Source: an uncultured Ignavibacteria bacterium (GTDB lineage Bacteria; Bacteroidota; Ignavibacteria; Kapaibacteriales; Kapaibacteriaceae). From it: a DNA stretch of 64,000 bases. Every line of letters starts with the position of its first letter. Within the stretch, counting starts at the first letter, position 1. The translations under genes and the position numbers were made by a program. A model generated the notes under the pieces. It was not told the DNA's origin and did no database searches. It saw nothing but the letters and a program-made list of their open reading frames with translations. This document shows positions 30,304 to 38,897 of this stretch, piece after piece. The stretch is from NCBI GenBank assembly GCA_903939735.1, contig CAJAIA010000028.1, positions 48,978 to 112,977 on the forward strand, in the 5' to 3' direction.

Positions 30304-31929
30304 GTGACCGACTACGACCTCAGACAAATCTGTTCGCGAAGCGGAGCAATCCTCTTCGCGATTCTTGTTTTTCACCAGGCATGTGTTGGTCAGGACATCG
30401 ACCACCGCTGTGGCTATTCAGATCGCTCAAGCACCGAACTACGCTCGAAGATCTCCGAGGGTGTGCAGCAGTTGCGGCCATCACTCCCCCGCTATGCCGA
30501 CGATGAGCAGGGTCGGTTCCGCGTACATTACACGATTGATGGCCCCGATGCCGTCCCAGTGCTCGATAACAACCTCGACGGCGTGCCAGACTACGTTGAG
30601 GCGTGCCTGGCGGCACTTGATCACGCGTGGCGCGTCGAAGTGGACACGCTCGGGTATCTACCCCCACCGAGCGACATGGGTGTCGGTGGAAGCAACGCAC
30701 TGGATGTCTATGTCCGCGATCTCTCGAAGGCTGGCCCTGGCGGCTCGAGTTACTACGGCCTAACCTCTCTGGATGTACGGCTACAGTCGACCCCCATCGA
30801 GACGTACACCACATGGCTTGAAGTAGATAACGACTTTTCTATGTCGGATCGGGACGCGAGTGGCAATGCATCATTTGCCACCTTTGGTGAAGACGCACTT
30901 CGCGTGACATGTGCGCACGAGTTCCACCACACGATTCAGAGTGGTCGCTACGGCGTGGCTGGTATGAACCGCAGCCTCTATGAGTTAACGTCCACATGGA
31001 TGGAGATTCGATGCTGGCCTAACATTCGCGACTGGGCGGCCTACACGACACGACTGCTTCTGACTCCAGAAGCGTGGCCATTTTCGAGCGAGTCTGCAAA
31101 CACAGGCTATGTCTGGGGTTGGTTTGGCAACGCTCTCTCGGCGGCCCATCCCAACATCCTTCGTACGATGTGGGAGCTGATTGCAACGGACATGCGTACG
31201 ACGGCAGCCCTGGTGGAAGCATGCAAGAGGCACAACGCAACATTGAGTGGCATCTTCTGTTCTTCGCTGCAGTGGCTCTATCGCACGGGATCGCGTGGAG
31301 CAGGCAACCCGTTGTTGCCTGCTGCAGAACTCCTGCCGGAGATTCGGTTCTTCTCGGATCAACCCGTCGTGGCTCCGACCGCAACGGAGATCGGACGACT
31401 TCTCGGATTCGAGGTACGGGCATTCCGCTTCTCTGTGCCGTCGTCCTCGTCACGTCCGCCTGTGAGCGTCGGCGTGGTCGTTTGCGATGCTGACGAAGTT
31501 GGATATGCCAATCAAGGGTCTGGACCTGATGGACGATATCGCATCGAACTCACGAATGCTCCGAGTGGCTCCGATATGCGCATCGACGGAACGCAATGGG
31601 GACTCCGTGTGGAGTCAGCGTACTGCTCGCATGTCGAGGGGGCACAGACGATTTCGCTGAGCGGACCCTATCCACAGCCGCTTTCATTGCAGCGCACGCG
31701 ACGCGTGTACATACCAGTAACGAACGAGCCGATTGGTACGCGCATCACACTTTCGCTGCTAACGCTCAGTGGCGCAGCGCTGCGTTCGTCGAACACGACA
31801 GTGATACTCGATGATGATCGCATCGTTGCAACCTTTGACCTCGAGGGCGAACTCCCTCCCGGCACGTATCTTGTCCGCAGTGAGTCGTCCACTTCGACCA
31901 CGCTTCACAAGGTGATTCTTCAACGATGA
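30304..31929 (+). CDS. secreted HExxH protein (putative zinc metallopeptidase)
   Basis: Signal peptide; CAHEFHHTIQSG contains HExxH; 541 aa; ATGA overlap with the downstream ABC ATPase. Confidence 0.55.
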   Translation: MTDYDLRQICSRSGAILFAILVFHQACVGQDIDHRCGYSDRSSTELRSKISEGVQQLRPSLPRYADDEQGRFRVHYTIDGPDAVPVLDNNLDGVPDYVEACLAALDHAWRVEVDTLGYLPPPSDMGVGGSNALDVYVRDLSKAGPGGSSYYGLTSLDVRLQSTPIETYTTWLEVDNDFSMSDRDASGNASFATFGEDALRVTCAHEFHHTIQSGRYGVAGMNRSLYELTSTWMEIRCWPNIRDWAAYTTRLLLTPEAWPFSSESANTGYVWGWFGNALSAAHPNILRTMWELIATDMRTTAALVEACKRHNATLSGIFCSSLQWLYRTGSRGAGNPLLPAAELLPEIRFFSDQPVVAPTATEIGRLLGFEVRAFRFSVPSSSSRPPVSVGVVVCDADEVGYANQGSGPDGRYRIELTNAPSGSDMRIDGTQWGLRVESAYCSHVEGAQTISLSGPYPQPLSLQRTRRVYIPVTNEPIGTRITLSLLTLSGAALRSSNTTVILDDDRIVATFDLEGELPPGTYLVRSESSTSTTLHKVILQR

Positions 31930-32546
31930 TGACGCTTGAACTCTCGTCTATCGCGAAAACCTACAACGGACGTCGTGTGCTGCACGACGTAAGCTTCTCG
32001 GCATCACCGGGTGATGTCGTAGGCATACTCGGTGCAAACGGAAGTGGAAAGTCCACACTCGTCAAGGTGATCGCAGGTGTTATCCGAGCCGACAGCGGAA
32101 CAGTTACATGCATACACGATGGCCGGGAACTTGACGCTCAAGCGCGACGCGCATCGTGTGGCTTTGTAGCGCCCTACTTGGCACTCTATGAAGAGTTCAC
32201 TCCGCATGAGCACCTGCAACTCCATGCGAACCTCCACGGCGCACCATGCACACCGGAGCACATTGCAGCCACATTGGCGTTGGTGCAGATCGACCATCGT
32301 GCACATGATCGCATCCATACCTTCTCCAGTGGCATGAAACAACGCGTTGCGTTGGCCTGCGCTGTGTTCCTTACACCACCTCTCTTACTCCTTGACGAAC
32401 CTGGCTCGACACTCGATGCCGCTGGTCGCGATGTTTGCGAAGCAATCGTGCGTGACCAAACACGTCGCGGTGGAATCACAATCTTGGCTACAAACGACGA
32501 TCGCGAGGCTCATCTATGTTCACGCACCTATCGCATTACCTCCTAG
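31926..32546 (+). CDS. ABC transporter ATP-binding protein (CcmA-like, orphan, no adjacent permease)
   Basis: Walker A GANGSGKST, signature FSSGMKQRVAL, Walker B LLLLDEPGSTLD; 206 aa. Confidence 0.85.
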   Translation: MMTLELSSIAKTYNGRRVLHDVSFSASPGDVVGILGANGSGKSTLVKVIAGVIRADSGTVTCIHDGRELDAQARRASCGFVAPYLALYEEFTPHEHLQLHANLHGAPCTPEHIAATLALVQIDHRAHDRIHTFSSGMKQRVALACAVFLTPPLLLLDEPGSTLDAAGRDVCEAIVRDQTRRGGITILATNDDREAHLCSRTYRITS

Positions 32547-33424
32547 CGGCAACAACCGCACTCGTACTTATTGGCGGCACAGGTTGCACCGATAGCGCAC
32601 GCGGAGATTCTACGAAAACATCAACACCCGAACCGCTGCCGATCAGCACGTGGAAACTTCCATCGACGCTAACCTTCTGCGGTGAGGCAGTTCCGCTAGA
32701 CATCCCTGAAGTCCGAGAACGCGCGGAGCGCGAATTCTATCTCAACCTCCAGACACCTGGCCAACTCATTCTCTACATCAAGCGCTCGGCGCGGTACTTT
32801 CCCGTCTTCGAGCGCGAGCTCACGTCTGCGGGCGCTCCCGAGGATCTGAAGTATCTCAGCGTTGCCGAAAGCGCGTTGTTCATGGCTCGATCCGCCAAAG
32901 ATGCTGTTGGCCTATGGCAGTTCATACCATCGACAGGTAGAGCACACGGCTTGGTGATCAACGACGATGTTGATGAGCGCCGCAATGTTGTGAAAAGCAC
33001 GCGAGCCGCTATTGCCTATCTCACGGCTGGCCGCACCGCAAACGGTTCCTGGGCCAACGCTGCAGCTGGATACAACATGGGGCACGAAAGTTTCCGCGGG
33101 TCAAGGGACTATCAGAAGGCCAAGGACTTCTATGAGCTCTACCTCAATGAGGAGACATCGCGATATCTATTGCGCATTGCAGTGATCAAACACATCATGG
33201 AACATGCAACCGAGTACGGCATCGTGATCCCCGAGCGTGATCGATATCAGGCGAGTGCGACACGCTCCATAACCGTACGCGAGGCGATCAGCGACATAGC
33301 AACATGGGCTCGGCAAAACAACAGCACCTATAAGGATGTCAAGTTGTTGAATCCATGGATTCTCGGGCGTAGCCTTCCAAACCCAACTGGTAGCAGCGGC
33401 TGGTCGATCGAGCTCCCTGCATAA
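32516..33424 (+). CDS. lytic transglycosylase (SLT domain) lipoprotein
   Basis: Lipoprotein signal ...LIGGTGC; SLT catalytic region LSVAESALFMARSAKDAVGLWQFIPSTG (ES...GLMQ-type). Confidence 0.85.
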   Translation: MFTHLSHYLLAATTALVLIGGTGCTDSARGDSTKTSTPEPLPISTWKLPSTLTFCGEAVPLDIPEVRERAEREFYLNLQTPGQLILYIKRSARYFPVFERELTSAGAPEDLKYLSVAESALFMARSAKDAVGLWQFIPSTGRAHGLVINDDVDERRNVVKSTRAAIAYLTAGRTANGSWANAAAGYNMGHESFRGSRDYQKAKDFYELYLNEETSRYLLRIAVIKHIMEHATEYGIVIPERDRYQASATRSITVREAISDIATWARQNNSTYKDVKLLNPWILGRSLPNPTGSSGWSIELPA

Positions 33425-33430
33425 AACGAG

Positions 33431-33462
33431 CACGGGCCGAGTGCGTCTGCACTCGGCCCGTG
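33431..33462. terminator. bidirectional stem-loop terminator between convergent genes
   Basis: 14-bp perfect stem CACGGGCCGAGTGC-gtct-GCACTCGGCCCGTG; T-tract (CTCGTTTT) on the minus-strand reading. Confidence 0.6.
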
Positions 33463-33491
33463 GTAAAATTCGGTGTTAATCCGTAGGCTTC

Positions 33492-34295
33492 TTACTTCGC
33501 CTTCGGCTGTGTGCCTTGGAAGACTGGGCTTTGCGATTCCATCACGAAACCATAGGCCTTGAGGTCGAGCTCTGGATTCTCAGGATGCGTTGTCTTGACC
33601 TTCACACCACCTGAGTAGTTGCCCTTCGCTGCTGGAACGACCTTGACGACGACAGCAAGCTTTTCGCCTGGCTTCAGCGCAACACGTGATGCTTGATTAC
33701 ATACGAGTCCGCCATCAGTTGTCCAGTCAGAGAAGATGATCTCTTGATCCGAGTTGTTCGTGAGCTCCATCTTCGATGTTGCTTCTTGACCAAGCTTCAA
33801 ATCAGAGAATGAGAAGTACATCGATGGCGAGTACATGATCGCACGCTGCACATCGCACTTGAGCCAGATGTAACCAGCGCGGACAGCTGTATCTGCTCCA
33901 GTTGGCAATGGTGTGTTACTCGTCTTGTAGGCCTTGTAGGCATCGTTGCCCTCAAGATCTGCCCATGAGATGTTGATGTTCTTTGTCATCGGGCCAACAT
34001 TCGACGGGCTGATATTCAGCTTGACCTTCATCGTGCTGACCTCGCCTGGCTTGAGATCTGTCTTGTCTGGATCTGTCTTTGTGCAGCCACAGCCCGGACG
34101 GACTTCAGTGATGCGAAGCGGACGATCACCGACGTTCTTCATCTTGATCTCTGCTTCGAGGTGGCCTTCCTTCGGTGGCTTGACCTTACCCCAATCGTAG
34201 GTTTCCCCGCCAACAACTTCGAGTTTCGCTTGTGCCGACACAGCAACAGCGCTGAGCGCAAGTGCAGCAATTGCACAAAGTAGGTGCTTGAACAT
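33492..34295 (-). CDS. DUF1573 domain-containing secreted protein
   Basis: Signal peptide; RITEVRPGCGCTKTDPDK with the conserved CGCT motif of DUF1573; RBS AAGGAG; TATATTTG -7 box upstream. Confidence 0.78.
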   Translation of the reverse strand: MFKHLLCAIAALALSAVAVSAQAKLEVVGGETYDWGKVKPPKEGHLEAEIKMKNVGDRPLRITEVRPGCGCTKTDPDKTDLKPGEVSTMKVKLNISPSNVGPMTKNINISWADLEGNDAYKAYKTSNTPLPTGADTAVRAGYIWLKCDVQRAIMYSPSMYFSFSDLKLGQEATSKMELTNNSDQEIIFSDWTTDGGLVCNQASRVALKPGEKLAVVVKVVPAAKGNYSGGVKVKTTHPENPELDLKAYGFVMESQSPVFQGTQPKAK

Positions 34296-34350
34296 CGGTT
34301 CGTACTCCTTTGAAAAAATAACTGGTCGTAAAGTGCCTACGACGCAGGTG

Positions 34351-34358
34351 CAAATATA
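34351..34358 (-). promoter_or_regulatory. Bacteroidota-type -7 promoter element TATATTTG (TAnnTTTG) for the DUF1573 gene
   Basis: Exact TAnnTTTG match ~55 nt upstream of the start codon; a GTCGTA...TACGAC hairpin plus T-run lies between it and the RBS and may also terminate the upstream gene. Confidence 0.4.
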
Positions 34359-34370
34359 CTATTGCGCGGC

Positions 34371-35138
34371 TTAGAGCCCCTTGAGAAGACGCATTCGAAG
34401 TCCAATCGCCCGCATGAACCAGTCGTCATTGGTCAACAGGCTACCAAGGGGCATTCCGAAACCAATCGACGGCTGGATGACCATGCCATAGGCTAGGGCG
34501 ATATCATACCCTATCTGCACAAATGGCTCGACGACAATGGGTGTCGTGTGGTCGAGGAAGGTCTGAGCAATCACGACTTCTCTCCCAGGGTTCTGTCCGC
34601 TGAACTCAGCACCTGTGGGTTCAACGATGCGTTCGCGTTGCGTGAGGGCGCCCCCTATCGATGCGTGGACTCGAGCTCCGATTGTCGCTAGGAGGTTCGT
34701 TGGTCCGAGCCGCATACTTACGGATCCGAAGCCTGTTGCATATGTCAGCGATCCGTCGAGGACGTACTCAGTCTGCAGGATCTGTCCATTACTGAGGGGC
34801 ACTGGCTGTGTTGGGGCAACGAACGATGCGTGAAACACGGAAACTCCGAGGCCAGCTGAGAGGTTGATCCTTGAGCTTAGCCACTGCGTGCCGACCAGCG
34901 AGAGGGACATCGGAAGTCCCGAACCGTTGTCGAAGGTGCAGCACGTAATGCCAATCGACTCCTCGATATAGTCAAAGCTCGCAGGATAGACGGCATACGA
35001 CAGTCCAGCTTCGAGACCGAGATACGTGCGTGGAATCTCATGGGGGGCTCGTGGTGATGCCTCCCACGTATATCCTTGCGCAGCGGCGTCACACACAATC
35101 GCAAGAAGCGCTACTACGATGAACACACAGTGCTTCAT
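34371..35138 (-). CDS. outer-membrane beta-barrel protein, PorP/SprF-like partner (putative)
   Basis: Signal peptide MKHCVFIVVALLAIVCDAAAQ; alternating amphipathic strands; C-terminus ...DDWFMRAIGLRMRLLKGL is paralogous to the protein at 40534-41343; start overlaps the upstream stop (ATGA). Confidence 0.6.
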   Translation of the reverse strand: MKHCVFIVVALLAIVCDAAAQGYTWEASPRAPHEIPRTYLGLEAGLSYAVYPASFDYIEESIGITCCTFDNGSGLPMSLSLVGTQWLSSRINLSAGLGVSVFHASFVAPTQPVPLSNGQILQTEYVLDGSLTYATGFGSVSMRLGPTNLLATIGARVHASIGGALTQRERIVEPTGAEFSGQNPGREVVIAQTFLDHTTPIVVEPFVQIGYDIALAYGMVIQPSIGFGMPLGSLLTNDDWFMRAIGLRMRLLKGL

Positions 35139-37423
35139 CTGCCCACCACAAAGGGTACGACAATGTAGCGTTGCGACGACCACACAATAACAGAATAGGC
35201 TGCAGGTGGCAGGCTTTCCACGCCGATATCTACGGCATACGATCCCGGAGCTAGATTATCATCAACAATCACCATGCGCTCGCGACCAAACGCATCAACA
35301 CATACGGCTCGCACACGTTCGTGGCGAGGCACAAGCACGGTAAGCGTCCCACGATCAACAACGGGATTCGGGAACACACCGGCCATTGCCTGATTCCGCA
35401 TGATCGCTGTTTTATACGTGAGGCCACACAGCGAGTCAATACGGAACACACCCGACGCGGAGCGCACCGGAACAAGATCCGGACAATCGACGGTGCCAAA
35501 GGTTGTGGACAGCGAGGAAATCCCCAACGGCGAGTCAAGGCTTGCACCAAGCATCGCGCTAAAGACAAGTCGCGTAAACACTGGTCGTGCCTCGAATTGA
35601 TCAGGCGCAGTCCATGCCAAGCGCAAGCTATGTCCGTCTGAAGAGAGTCGTTCTGGCGCTCCGGCAATCTCCGTTGCTGTGCCAAGTGAGATCGCGCGTT
35701 CAAATCGAAGGACGGTTGTATCAACATCGATCGCAAGCGTACAGCGCTCGAAGGAACCAACAAGGGCGGGAGACACCGCGACATCAACCACAACATTGTC
35801 AAAGCCAGGTCGCGCCGCAATTGTGTCAGGCATACGCACGAGCATGGTGTCGCGCATGCGAAGCGCAGTTGCCTGAAATGGGACTCCGACGATGTTCTGT
35901 TGAAGCGCATTCGATACGATGTCGAGCGTGTCGAAGATGCTACCCTCCGATGTCGGACGATAGTCGAGCGTAACGAACGCTGACTGCTGCGGAGCTATCG
36001 TCAGAGCTTGCGGCGAGGCCGTCACAGCAAGCGATCCAGATCGCGAACGAATTGCCGTGATACGCAAATCGAGATCGCCTGTATTCGTGACACGCATACT
36101 GTCGCGCGTTGTCGACGTACATACCGGAGAGTAGGCAATTGTATCGAAGATGATTTCGGCCGGTTCAACAGTGATGCGGGCTCGACGTTGACGTCCGATC
36201 ATCACGAACGACATTACCTCTGCGCCAAACGGCACAGCTTTAATTGTCCCTCGCGAGAGAATATCGGTCGTGATGGCATAGCGCATTGCCGACTCCCCTG
36301 CTGCTGTCGGCGCATAGGTTACGACAATCGTATCACGAGCGCCTCGACGAAGTATCTGAGAGCCTTCTGCTACTGCGCGTCGAATCTGGAATGACGCTGT
36401 ATCAGAGGCGACCCCGCCGGGAAGTATCCGCTTCTGCTCGAGGAGAACGACGGGATCAAGATTGCCGACGTTCTCAACAATGATCATTGCCCGCACGGTG
36501 TCCTGCGCCGAGCCAACGGTTCCAAAATCAACAGTGTCGCCTGACCATCGCAAGCCAGAGGTCGCTTGCTCCGATTGTACATCAACGATGCGTAACCGCT
36601 GCTCTACACCGACACCGGAGATCTTGGTGTCGAGCGTAACCGGACCCGACGTTGTATCGAGTCGGTACTGCAGCGTGAACACCGCACTATCGTACCCAAG
36701 ATTGCGCGGCTGATAGTAGACGTCCCAAAACGCAGAGTCGAGACCACCAACAATGACGCTCGGCTTCACATCAACAGTAATCTCTGGGTCGCCAACAACT
36801 GTCGTCTTGATCTCGAGCGTTTGCTTCTCGATCGCAACACTTTCTGTTTGAAGGTTGCGCACACGGAATGTCTCTTGCAACCGCCTGTTAAGGTTCACAT
36901 AGACGGAATCGAATCGTATGATGGGCGTACCAGTAACCAAGTACTGGGTCGTACGCCGACCTCGCAGCCGAAACTGACGCTCTGCGAACGGCCCTGTTGG
37001 CTCGAATGATCGCACCACACGAATCCGCATCTGCGCTTCAACGGCACTGTCTAGTGTAATGGAAGGCTCAGCTCGTGCGAGATAGCGTAGGTCGACTCGT
37101 GCGACCTGCCCAGGAGCGACGACGATCGGGAATGTATTATCGACAACGAAGTTCTGATACCGTGGATCGTCACTCGGGATCCATGGAAGATTCGAGAACT
37201 CAACAAACGGAATATCATTTGTCAGGACGACAGCGGTATCTGTACCAAGATTGCGAATCGCGAGCGCGCGGCGCGTGTGATTCCCAACGAAGGTCACACC
37301 AAAATCAACAACAGAATCGGCGGCAGGACGCTCAGCAATGGTGATTTCCACTACTGGCTGTGCAAGCACTGGCATGCAAGCACATGCGACAAGAAGGACC
37401 AGCGTGGTGAAGCGGAACTTCAT
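35135..37423 (-). CDS. large secreted protein with T9SS-type C-terminal sorting domain
   Basis: Signal peptide MKFRFTTLVLLVACACMPVLAQ; 762 aa beta-rich; C-terminus ...GVFPNPVVDRGTLTVLVPRHERVRAVCVDAFGRERMVIVDDNLAPGSYAVDIGVESLPPAAYSVIVWS is CTD-like. Confidence 0.6.
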   Translation of the reverse strand: MKFRFTTLVLLVACACMPVLAQPVVEITIAERPAADSVVDFGVTFVGNHTRRALAIRNLGTDTAVVLTNDIPFVEFSNLPWIPSDDPRYQNFVVDNTFPIVVAPGQVARVDLRYLARAEPSITLDSAVEAQMRIRVVRSFEPTGPFAERQFRLRGRRTTQYLVTGTPIIRFDSVYVNLNRRLQETFRVRNLQTESVAIEKQTLEIKTTVVGDPEITVDVKPSVIVGGLDSAFWDVYYQPRNLGYDSAVFTLQYRLDTTSGPVTLDTKISGVGVEQRLRIVDVQSEQATSGLRWSGDTVDFGTVGSAQDTVRAMIIVENVGNLDPVVLLEQKRILPGGVASDTASFQIRRAVAEGSQILRRGARDTIVVTYAPTAAGESAMRYAITTDILSRGTIKAVPFGAEVMSFVMIGRQRRARITVEPAEIIFDTIAYSPVCTSTTRDSMRVTNTGDLDLRITAIRSRSGSLAVTASPQALTIAPQQSAFVTLDYRPTSEGSIFDTLDIVSNALQQNIVGVPFQATALRMRDTMLVRMPDTIAARPGFDNVVVDVAVSPALVGSFERCTLAIDVDTTVLRFERAISLGTATEIAGAPERLSSDGHSLRLAWTAPDQFEARPVFTRLVFSAMLGASLDSPLGISSLSTTFGTVDCPDLVPVRSASGVFRIDSLCGLTYKTAIMRNQAMAGVFPNPVVDRGTLTVLVPRHERVRAVCVDAFGRERMVIVDDNLAPGSYAVDIGVESLPPAAYSVIVWSSQRYIVVPFVVGR

Positions 37424-37439
37424 GGTAAGGACGCTCGCC

Positions 37440-38873
37440 TTACCACCACGAACGGAACGTGGAGAGGAACGGCGATGCTACCAATCCGAGAATGATGCTT
37501 ACAGCAGTTGTCACGACAAGCGTGATTCCTGCCAGACCAGACGTGGCTGGCTCGCGCTCACCTGATGGCTCGGTGAAGTACATCTTGACGATCAGCCCGA
37601 GGTAGAAGTATGCACTAATGACCGACGACGCGACAGCGACAAACGTAAGCCATGTGTATCCTGTTTCAACTGCCGATACAAACAGGAGATACTTCCCAAA
37701 GAAACCAGCGAACGGCGGAATACCAGCGAGCGAAAGCATGAAAACAGCCATCGAGAATGCCAGCATTGGCTCACGCTTTGCGAGTCCGGCGTAGTCGTTG
37801 ATCTCCAACAGGGAGTCATTGCCGCGCTCAAGAATACCTACGATAACGAAGGCTCCGAGCTGCATAAACACGTACGACGTTACGTAGAATACGATGCCGC
37901 TATATCCATCGGCAGTATTCGATACGATGCCCATGAGCAAGTAACCTGCGTGCGCGATCGACGAGTATGCAAGCATGCGCTTGATGTTCGTCTGTACAAC
38001 GGCCGTGATATTGCCCACCAACATCGTGATTGCCGACACAACGGCAAGCATGAGTTGAAGCTTCGGTGTCAACGTGGACGTTCCAGGCATGAGCATGATA
38101 AACAACGCGATGAACGCGCTGAAGGCAGCTGCCTTACCTGCCGTGCTCATAAAGGCCGTCACGACCGTCGGCGAACCTTCGTAGACGTCAGGTGCCCATT
38201 GATGGAATGGGAACGCTGCAACCTTAAATGACATCGCAACTGCCATCAACACAGCGCCAATAGCGAAGAGCGTTGGGAAGTTTGTTGCGTTCTGCGCTAC
38301 CACACCACGAATGACATCGTACTGCAGCGAACCCGTCGCACCGTAGATCAGGGACATACCGTAGACGAGGAATCCCGATGCAAATGCACCGAGGAGGAAG
38401 TACTTCAAGGATGCTTCAACACTGCGAATATTCGAGCGCAGGAAGCCGGCCATCACATAGAATGTGATCGACATCAATTCGATACCAACAAACAGCACGA
38501 GGAGGTTGTTGGCATGTGCCATAAGCATCATTCCCGCCGTGGCGGAGACCAACAACGTATAGAACTCATCGAGCTCTGCACCCTCACGCTGGAGGTACGG
38601 GCGTGCAGCAAGCATCGTGAGGATCCCAGATGCGCAGAACAGAACGTCGAAGTAGTTCGCGACTCCTCCGAGCGTAATCATGTCCTGGAACGTCGTGCCC
38701 TTGTGGCCAGATGTTAGAACGGCCAGGGCTGCCGTGAGCAACAGTGTGCCCAGGTAGTACCCGAAGACCAGTCGCGTGTTGTTGCGTACGAAGGCCTGGA
38801 TCGTGATACCAATCGCACCGAGTCCGAGCCAGATTGCGATGAGAGGGAGCGAGCCAAAGTAGTCGATGTGCAT
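37440..38873 (-). CDS. nuoN: NADH-quinone oxidoreductase subunit N
   Basis: 477 aa, 14-TM antiporter-like subunit; typical NuoN N-terminus and conserved helices. Confidence 0.85.
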   Translation of the reverse strand: MHIDYFGSLPLIAIWLGLGAIGITIQAFVRNNTRLVFGYYLGTLLLTAALAVLTSGHKGTTFQDMITLGGVANYFDVLFCASGILTMLAARPYLQREGAELDEFYTLLVSATAGMMLMAHANNLLVLFVGIELMSITFYVMAGFLRSNIRSVEASLKYFLLGAFASGFLVYGMSLIYGATGSLQYDVIRGVVAQNATNFPTLFAIGAVLMAVAMSFKVAAFPFHQWAPDVYEGSPTVVTAFMSTAGKAAAFSAFIALFIMLMPGTSTLTPKLQLMLAVVSAITMLVGNITAVVQTNIKRMLAYSSIAHAGYLLMGIVSNTADGYSGIVFYVTSYVFMQLGAFVIVGILERGNDSLLEINDYAGLAKREPMLAFSMAVFMLSLAGIPPFAGFFGKYLLFVSAVETGYTWLTFVAVASSVISAYFYLGLIVKMYFTEPSGEREPATSGLAGITLVVTTAVSIILGLVASPFLSTFRSWW

Positions 38874-38897
38874 GTCGTGTTTCCTACCGAACCGCGC

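Noticed and set aside
35269-35910. 213-aa minus ORF and several plus ORFs (35321-36394)
   Set aside because: Alternative frames inside the 762-aa CTD-protein gene. Arg/Cys-rich GC-artefact composition.
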